Source: Candidatus Shapirobacteria bacterium | GTDB lineage: Bacteria > Patescibacteriota > Microgenomatia > PFEM01 > JBDRBL01 | Direction: 5' to 3' | Length of the DNA: 64,000 nucleotides | Assembly (NCBI GenBank): GCA_043822685.1 | Contig: JBDRBL010000003.1 | Coordinates: 4,659 to 68,658 of the forward strand | Part shown: piece by piece, positions 58,967 to 64,000 of the stretch | How the letters are laid out: each line of letters opens with the position of its first letter | Numbering within the stretch: position 1 is the stretch's first letter | Made by a program: the position numbers and the translations under genes | Notes under the pieces: generated by a model | Told to the model about the DNA's origin: nothing | Seen by the model: the letters and a program-made list of their open reading frames with translations, nothing else | Database searches by the model: none

Positions 58967-59725
58967 ATGTTTGATTTAACGGGCAAAAAGGCATTGGTGA
59001 CGGGGGGGTCAAGAGGGATTGGCCGGGGAATTGCTTTGGCGCTGGCCAAACAAGGAGCCGATGTGGCGGTCAATTATCGCTCTAATCAAGTCGCGGCTGA
59101 AGCGGTTGTTGGAGAGATTAAAGCGTTGGGTCGGCAATCTTTGGCTATCCAAGCCGATGTGGCGCAAAAAGCTTCGGTCGTGGCGATGTTTGAGCAAATA
59201 AAAAGCCAGTGGGGAAAATTGGATATTTTGGTCAACAACGCCGGGATTGTATTTTCCCTGCCGGTGGAGCAAACAACCGAGCAACAATGGGATCAGACTT
59301 TGGCGACCAACCTAAAAGGCCAATTTTTGTGTGTCCAAGAAGTCCTAAAAATGATGGGCCAAGGCGGTCGGATTATTAATTTAAGTTCGATTGCTTCCGG
59401 TGGAGTGGGAGCCGGTTTTGGCAACTCGTCGGCCTATGTGGCCTCCAAGGGCGGGGTAATCGGCTTGGTTGAGGATTTGGCCGTGGAGTTGGCGCCCAAA
59501 GGAATTAATATTAATGCCATTGCCCCAGGAATTATTGCCACCGATATGACGAAAGAGTTTTTGGGCGACGAACAGGTGAAAGCGGGCTTTTTGGCGAAAA
59601 TTCCCAAAAAACGCCTTGGCAAGCCGGAAGACATCGGCGCGGCGGCGGTTTATTTGGCCTCCGATGAGGCGGATTATGTCACCGGCACGGTTTTGTACGT
59701 CGACGGCGGCTGGCTGACGGGGTAA
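58967..59725 (+). CDS. SDR family oxidoreductase (FabG-like)
   Basis: TGGSRGIG, NNAG, YVASK. Confidence 0.93.
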   Translation: MFDLTGKKALVTGGSRGIGRGIALALAKQGADVAVNYRSNQVAAEAVVGEIKALGRQSLAIQADVAQKASVVAMFEQIKSQWGKLDILVNNAGIVFSLPVEQTTEQQWDQTLATNLKGQFLCVQEVLKMMGQGGRIINLSSIASGGVGAGFGNSSAYVASKGGVIGLVEDLAVELAPKGININAIAPGIIATDMTKEFLGDEQVKAGFLAKIPKKRLGKPEDIGAAAVYLASDEADYVTGTVLYVDGGWLTG

Positions 59726-59743
59726 TGTGGTAAAATTGGTTCA

Positions 59744-60082
59744 ATGGCGATCGTTTTAACCAAAAACAATTTATCTTTGGCTGATTTTCGGAAGGCTTGT
59801 GGGGATTATGAAAGTTATCTGAAAATTACCATTGATATTGAGCAAGAAATTACAGCTCTGGGTGGTGAATATCACGCGGATGCGGAAAAGATTTTGCTGG
59901 AACAGGGTTCAAAGCAAAAAAACATTTGGGGTGGAGGGATTAATTTGGAAACCGGTCAATACGAAACGATGGCGATGGTTAATTTGCGCGCTGGTCGTAA
60001 CAACAGTACCGATATTTTAGATGCTCAAGCGAGAAATAAATTTTTAAAATTGGCCCAAAAGATTTTGCAAGCATATGTCTGA
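59744..60082 (+). CDS. DUF5674 family protein, copy 2
   Basis: YLKITID, YHADAEKILLEQGSKQKNIWGG. Confidence 0.8.
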   Translation: MAIVLTKNNLSLADFRKACGDYESYLKITIDIEQEITALGGEYHADAEKILLEQGSKQKNIWGGGINLETGQYETMAMVNLRAGRNNSTDILDAQARNKFLKLAQKILQAYV

Positions 60083-60323
60083 TCGAGAGAAAAAAATCCT
60101 GAATTGTTTTACCGATTTGCAACGGGCGGCGGTGGCTTGCGCGACGCAAGGTTGGCAAACCGAAAAAATTTTTCTTGCTCATGCCCAGAAAATTTTGCAT
60201 GATTTGCGTTTGCCAGCGGTTTTGTGGGCCATTAGGCAGGCAGAGCAGATGACCAATTCTGTTTACCGTGCCGACAAACTCTTGACTCTTGGCTTAAGAT
60301 TAAAAGGTGGTTGGGAGGTTTAA
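60075..60323 (+). CDS. small helical partner of DUF5674, copy 2
   Basis: DLQRAA...HAQKIL...ADKLL. Confidence 0.65.
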   Translation: MSDREKKILNCFTDLQRAAVACATQGWQTEKIFLAHAQKILHDLRLPAVLWAIRQAEQMTNSVYRADKLLTLGLRLKGGWEV

Positions 60324-60628
60324 TGACCGATGCAGATTTTTTGAATTCGGACATACCGGTATTGGTGGATTTTTACGCTGACTGGTGCGGACCATGCCAG
60401 ATGGCCGGGCCGGTGCTGGAGAAGATCGCGGCTGATTACAAAGGCAAGATTAAGCTGGTAAAAATTAACGTAGATGAAAATCAGGCCTTGGCACAAAAAT
60501 ATGGCGTGGCGAGTATTCCGACGGTGATTTTGTTTAAAGAGGGCAAAGAAAAAGAGAGAGTTATGGGGTATCAGGGAGATGAGGGATATCGTAATTTAAT
60601 TTTGAAAAATTTAAAAATTAAAAATTAA
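60323..60628 (+). CDS. trxA: thioredoxin
   Basis: VDFYADWCGPC, SIPT. Confidence 0.95.
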   Translation: MTDADFLNSDIPVLVDFYADWCGPCQMAGPVLEKIAADYKGKIKLVKINVDENQALAQKYGVASIPTVILFKEGKEKERVMGYQGDEGYRNLILKNLKIKN

Positions 60629-60645
60629 AAATTGTTTTAGTGTTT

Positions 60646-61566
60646 ATGTATGATTTAATTATTGTCGGCGCGGGACCGGCGGGCTTGACGGCCTCGATTT
60701 ACGCTTCGCGCTATCGCTTGTCCAATTTAGTTGTTGGTCAACAACTGGGCGGAACAATTACGTTGGCTCATAAGGTGGAAAATTTTCCCGGTTTTGAAAG
60801 TATTTCCGGTTTGGAGTTGGCGCAAAAAATGGCCAATCAAGCCAAAAAACTGGGAGGCGAGATTATTTTGGCGGGAGTGGATAGGATAGAAAAGGGAGAG
60901 AAGGGATATCGGGCGCATGAGGATGGTGGAGAAAATCGGGTTTGGAAGGCCAAAACGCTGATTATTACTACCGGGACTCGGAGACGTAAACTGGAAATTC
61001 CGGGCGAGAAAGAGTATCTGGGCCGGGGCGTTTCCTACTGCACTAATTGTGACGCGCCCTTTTTTAAAGATAAGGTCGTCGCGGTCGTGGGTGGTTCGGA
61101 TGCGGCCGTTTCCGGCGCTATTCATCTGTCTGGCTTCGCTGGGCTGGTCTACCTTATTTATCGCAAAGACCAATTGCGCGCCGAGCCGATGTGGAATCAG
61201 CAGGCCGTAGGTAATTCTAAGATCAAAGTGATTTACAAGACGAACGTAATTAGAATAATAGGAGAGGAAAGAGTTGGAAGTGTAGAGCTAGATAAAGAAT
61301 ATCTAGGGAAAAAAGAATTGGCGGTCGACGGCGTGTTTATTGAAATCGGCGGGACGCCGGGGAGTAATTTACTGGCACGTTTGGGCGGAAAAACTGACAA
61401 GGCGGGCTTTGTGATTGTCGATGAAAAAATGGCCACCAATTTACCCGGAGTTTTTGCCGCGGGCGACTTCACCAATCAAAGTAAATATTTATCTCAAGCG
61501 ATCATCGCTTGTGCCCAAGGCGCCACGGCGGCTTTTAGCGCTTTTAAATATGACCGATCCATTTGA
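60646..61566 (+). CDS. trxB: thioredoxin reductase
   Basis: GAGPAG, GVSYCTNCD, FAAGD. Confidence 0.92.
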   Translation: MYDLIIVGAGPAGLTASIYASRYRLSNLVVGQQLGGTITLAHKVENFPGFESISGLELAQKMANQAKKLGGEIILAGVDRIEKGEKGYRAHEDGGENRVWKAKTLIITTGTRRRKLEIPGEKEYLGRGVSYCTNCDAPFFKDKVVAVVGGSDAAVSGAIHLSGFAGLVYLIYRKDQLRAEPMWNQQAVGNSKIKVIYKTNVIRIIGEERVGSVELDKEYLGKKELAVDGVFIEIGGTPGSNLLARLGGKTDKAGFVIVDEKMATNLPGVFAAGDFTNQSKYLSQAIIACAQGATAAFSAFKYDRSI

Positions 61567-62791
61567 CAATGCGCAAAAACAACTTGATAAACTGGCCGAA
61601 TATCTCCAAATTGCGCCGGAAGTTTTGGTTCGGTTAAAGACGCCCCAGCGAGTTTTGGAGGTGAATTTTCCGATTAAGATGGATGATGGGACGGTGCAAG
61701 TCTTTAGGGGTTTTCGGTCACAGCACAATAACGCTCGAGGACCCTACAAGGGTGGCATTCGTTTTCATCCCAATGTTACTCGCGAGGAGGTGACGGCGCT
61801 TTCGCTTTGGATGACCTGGAAATGCGCCATTGCTGATGTACCTTATGGGGGAGGAAAAGGGGGCGTGATTGTGGATCCCTCCAAACTTTCAAAACGAGAA
61901 TTAGAGCGCCTCTCGCGTGCCTATGCTCGAGCGATTGCGCCGATTATTGGCCCAAAAACCGATATTCCCGCCCCGGATGTCAACACCGACAGTCAAGTAA
62001 TGGCTTGGATGGTGGATGAGTACACAAGAAGTCAACAGTTAACAGTTAATAGTCAACAGTCAAAACTTTTAGCTGCCTTTACCGGCAAGCCGATTAACTT
62101 GGGGGGAAGTTTGGGGCGGGAGAAAGCCACTGGCCGTGGGGGGTTGTATGTTCTTCAGGCGTTGACAAAGCAATTAGCCATTAACAATCAACAATTAACT
62201 ATTGCCGTGCAGGGTTTTGGCAATGTCGGTTACTGGTTTGCCAAACTGGCCGAAGAAGCCGGATTCAAAATTGTTGCCGTTTCGGATTCCAGGGGCGGAG
62301 TGATAGGGGAGATCAGGGTGGATAGGTTGATGAGATGGAAAGAAAAAACGGGGTCAGTCATTGGTTTTGCGAAGACAAAAACAATTTCTAATAATGAATT
62401 ACTCCTGACTAAATGTGATATTTTAGTGCCGGCGGCGTTGGAAAATGTGATTACCGATAAGAATGCGGCTGGAATCAAGGCGAAAATTGTTTTGGAATTG
62501 GCCAATGGGCCAACCACGCCCAAGGCGGATGAAGTTTTATTCAAGAAGAAAATTATTGTGATTCCGGATGTTTTAGCTAATTCTGGTGGCGTGACCGTTT
62601 CCTATTTTGAATGGTTGCAGAATTTAAAAAGGGAGCGGTGGTCGGAAGATAAGGTCAATCGAAAATTAAAATTAAAGATGCTTCGGGCGTTTGGGGCGGT
62701 TTGGCAGACCATGCAGGAAAAAAAGCTGGATGGCCGCACCGCGGCTTATGTTTTAGCGATTGACAGAGTAATAAAGGCGATGTTAAAGTGA
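61550..62791 (+). CDS. gdh: glutamate dehydrogenase
   Basis: GPYKGGIRF, GGGKGG, PAPDVNT, GFGNVG, ANGP. Confidence 0.95.
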   Translation: MTDPFDNAQKQLDKLAEYLQIAPEVLVRLKTPQRVLEVNFPIKMDDGTVQVFRGFRSQHNNARGPYKGGIRFHPNVTREEVTALSLWMTWKCAIADVPYGGGKGGVIVDPSKLSKRELERLSRAYARAIAPIIGPKTDIPAPDVNTDSQVMAWMVDEYTRSQQLTVNSQQSKLLAAFTGKPINLGGSLGREKATGRGGLYVLQALTKQLAINNQQLTIAVQGFGNVGYWFAKLAEEAGFKIVAVSDSRGGVIGEIRVDRLMRWKEKTGSVIGFAKTKTISNNELLLTKCDILVPAALENVITDKNAAGIKAKIVLELANGPTTPKADEVLFKKKIIVIPDVLANSGGVTVSYFEWLQNLKRERWSEDKVNRKLKLKMLRAFGAVWQTMQEKKLDGRTAAYVLAIDRVIKAMLK

Positions 62792-62985
62792 AAAGCATGA
62801 ATTTCGTGGTTGACCCAAAATTGTGTATTGGCTGTGGAACGTGTGTGGCGCTTGCCGGCAAGAGTTTTAAGATGAATGATCAGGGCAAAGCGGAGGCAAT
62901 TAATCCTCCCGGTGATGAAGAAAAAATAATTGGAGAAGTAATTGACAGCTGTCCGGTCGCGGCGATTGAGGAGGTTCATGGCTAA
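62788..62985 (+). CDS. single-cluster ferredoxin
   Basis: CIGCGTC...CPVAAI. Confidence 0.9.
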   Translation: MKSMNFVVDPKLCIGCGTCVALAGKSFKMNDQGKAEAINPPGDEEKIIGEVIDSCPVAAIEEVHG

Positions 62986-63745
62986 AGAAAAAAATTATAC
63001 TAATATTGTCCTTATTGTTTTGTTGGTCGCGGCGGCGTTTTTGCTGGGAAAGATGTGGGATAAGAGTAAAATTACCGGTAGCGGCTCGACCGTTCCGACA
63101 GGCGGTGTTTCTCCTGCGGCAAAAGATCCTGATGCCGTTTTGGCCGGATATGCCGGTCAAATCGGCTTGGACGTTGATCAATTTAAAAGTTGCGTTTCTT
63201 CGGGCAAGTATGCCCAAGCAGTCAAAGATAATCTTGCTTTTAGTAACGAAATCGCCAAGACGGCCTGGGATTTGAACGTTATTGATCATAAAGAAATTCC
63301 TAGTCGTGACCAAGCCGGTTTTGGCACCCCAACTTTTTTTATCAATGGCCGAATTTTGGTAGGCGCTCAACCTTACGAGGTTTTCGACACGGCGATTAAA
63401 GAAGCTTTGAATGGTCAAGCTAAAGGACCGGCTTTGAAACAAGATACCCTAGATCAAATTGTGGCCAATGCGGCCGCCGTCAAGGGCGACAAAGAAATGA
63501 AAGTCGTTGTTGCCGAGTTTTCCGATTATGAGTGTCCCTTTTGCGGCCGATATGTTACCCAGACGATGCCGGAAATTTTGAAAAATTATGGAGACAAAAT
63601 TCTTTATGTTTTCTTGGATTATCCCCTGCCTTTTCACCAATCGGCCCAAAAGATGGCCGAGGCGGCCAGATGCGCGGGCGAGCAGGGCAAGTATTGGGAG
63701 CTGCACGATTTGATCTATGCCGGCCAGGCCGACTGGTCGGGGTAG
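62978..63745 (+). CDS. DsbA family protein with circularly permuted domain order
   Basis: The GTPTFFING/GAQP half precedes the FSDYECPFC half. Confidence 0.82.
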   Translation: MAKEKNYTNIVLIVLLVAAAFLLGKMWDKSKITGSGSTVPTGGVSPAAKDPDAVLAGYAGQIGLDVDQFKSCVSSGKYAQAVKDNLAFSNEIAKTAWDLNVIDHKEIPSRDQAGFGTPTFFINGRILVGAQPYEVFDTAIKEALNGQAKGPALKQDTLDQIVANAAAVKGDKEMKVVVAEFSDYECPFCGRYVTQTMPEILKNYGDKILYVFLDYPLPFHQSAQKMAEAARCAGEQGKYWELHDLIYAGQADWSG

Positions 63746-63776
63746 CTTTTCTTCAAAAATGTTATAATCGCTTCAG

Positions 63777-64000
63777 ATGAATTTTAGCTTTTATTTTTTG
63801 CGTGAAGGAGTGGTTTTGGCGCGAGCCTCGGGTTTGTCCGATTCCGTTATTGCCGCCTTTTTGCTTTTGCCTTTGGCCGCAGCCTTTATTGCTGCCGCTC
63901 GTTATCTTCTCGGCCTGCGCGGCCTGGGTGTCTTTACGCCGATTATGCTCTCGGTTGTTTTTTTGATGATTGGTCTGCCCACCGGTTTAAGCCTTTTCTT
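63777..64000 (+). CDS. 7TM (transglutaminase-associated type) membrane protein, partial
   Basis: LLLPLAAAFIAAARYLLGLRGLGVFTP. Confidence 0.6.
   Translation, partial: MNFSFYFLREGVVLARASGLSDSVIAAFLLLPLAAAFIAAARYLLGLRGLGVFTPIMLSVVFLMIGLPTGLSLF

Overview
Gene-dense bacterial chromosomal window. The gene content and style (HTH-'YWGEG' gene beside a tRNA, VirD4/TraM-like ATPase, tandem class A PBPs, archaeal-type TIM and ATP-dependent ligase, no amino-acid biosynthesis genes) suggest Patescibacteria/CPR, probably Microgenomates; this is an inference. Housekeeping blocks: Rrf2-iscS-iscU, a glycolysis cluster, two tandem class III RNRs with a Trx-like gene and nrdG, four tRNAs, trpS, ftsH (one in-frame TAG), DNA repair genes, efp/epmA, a BlaI/M56-controlled copper and thiol-disulfide island, and trxA-trxB-gdh-fdx-dsbA. 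The most notable unexplained structures are: (1) a TrpR/YerC-like gene bracketed by a 26-30 bp palindrome that recurs four more times, mostly supplying gene stop codons; (2) an inverted-repeat-bounded cassette after tRNA-Ile(UAU) carrying a candidate pseudoknot ncRNA divergent from an orphan ORF; (3) a T-box-like leader in front of tRNA-Trp + trpS; (4) a circularly permuted DsbA; (5) heptamer-repeat and micro-palindrome insertions inside enzymes; (6) widespread apparent leaderless promoters. All product calls come from motif recognition by eye; no searches were run.
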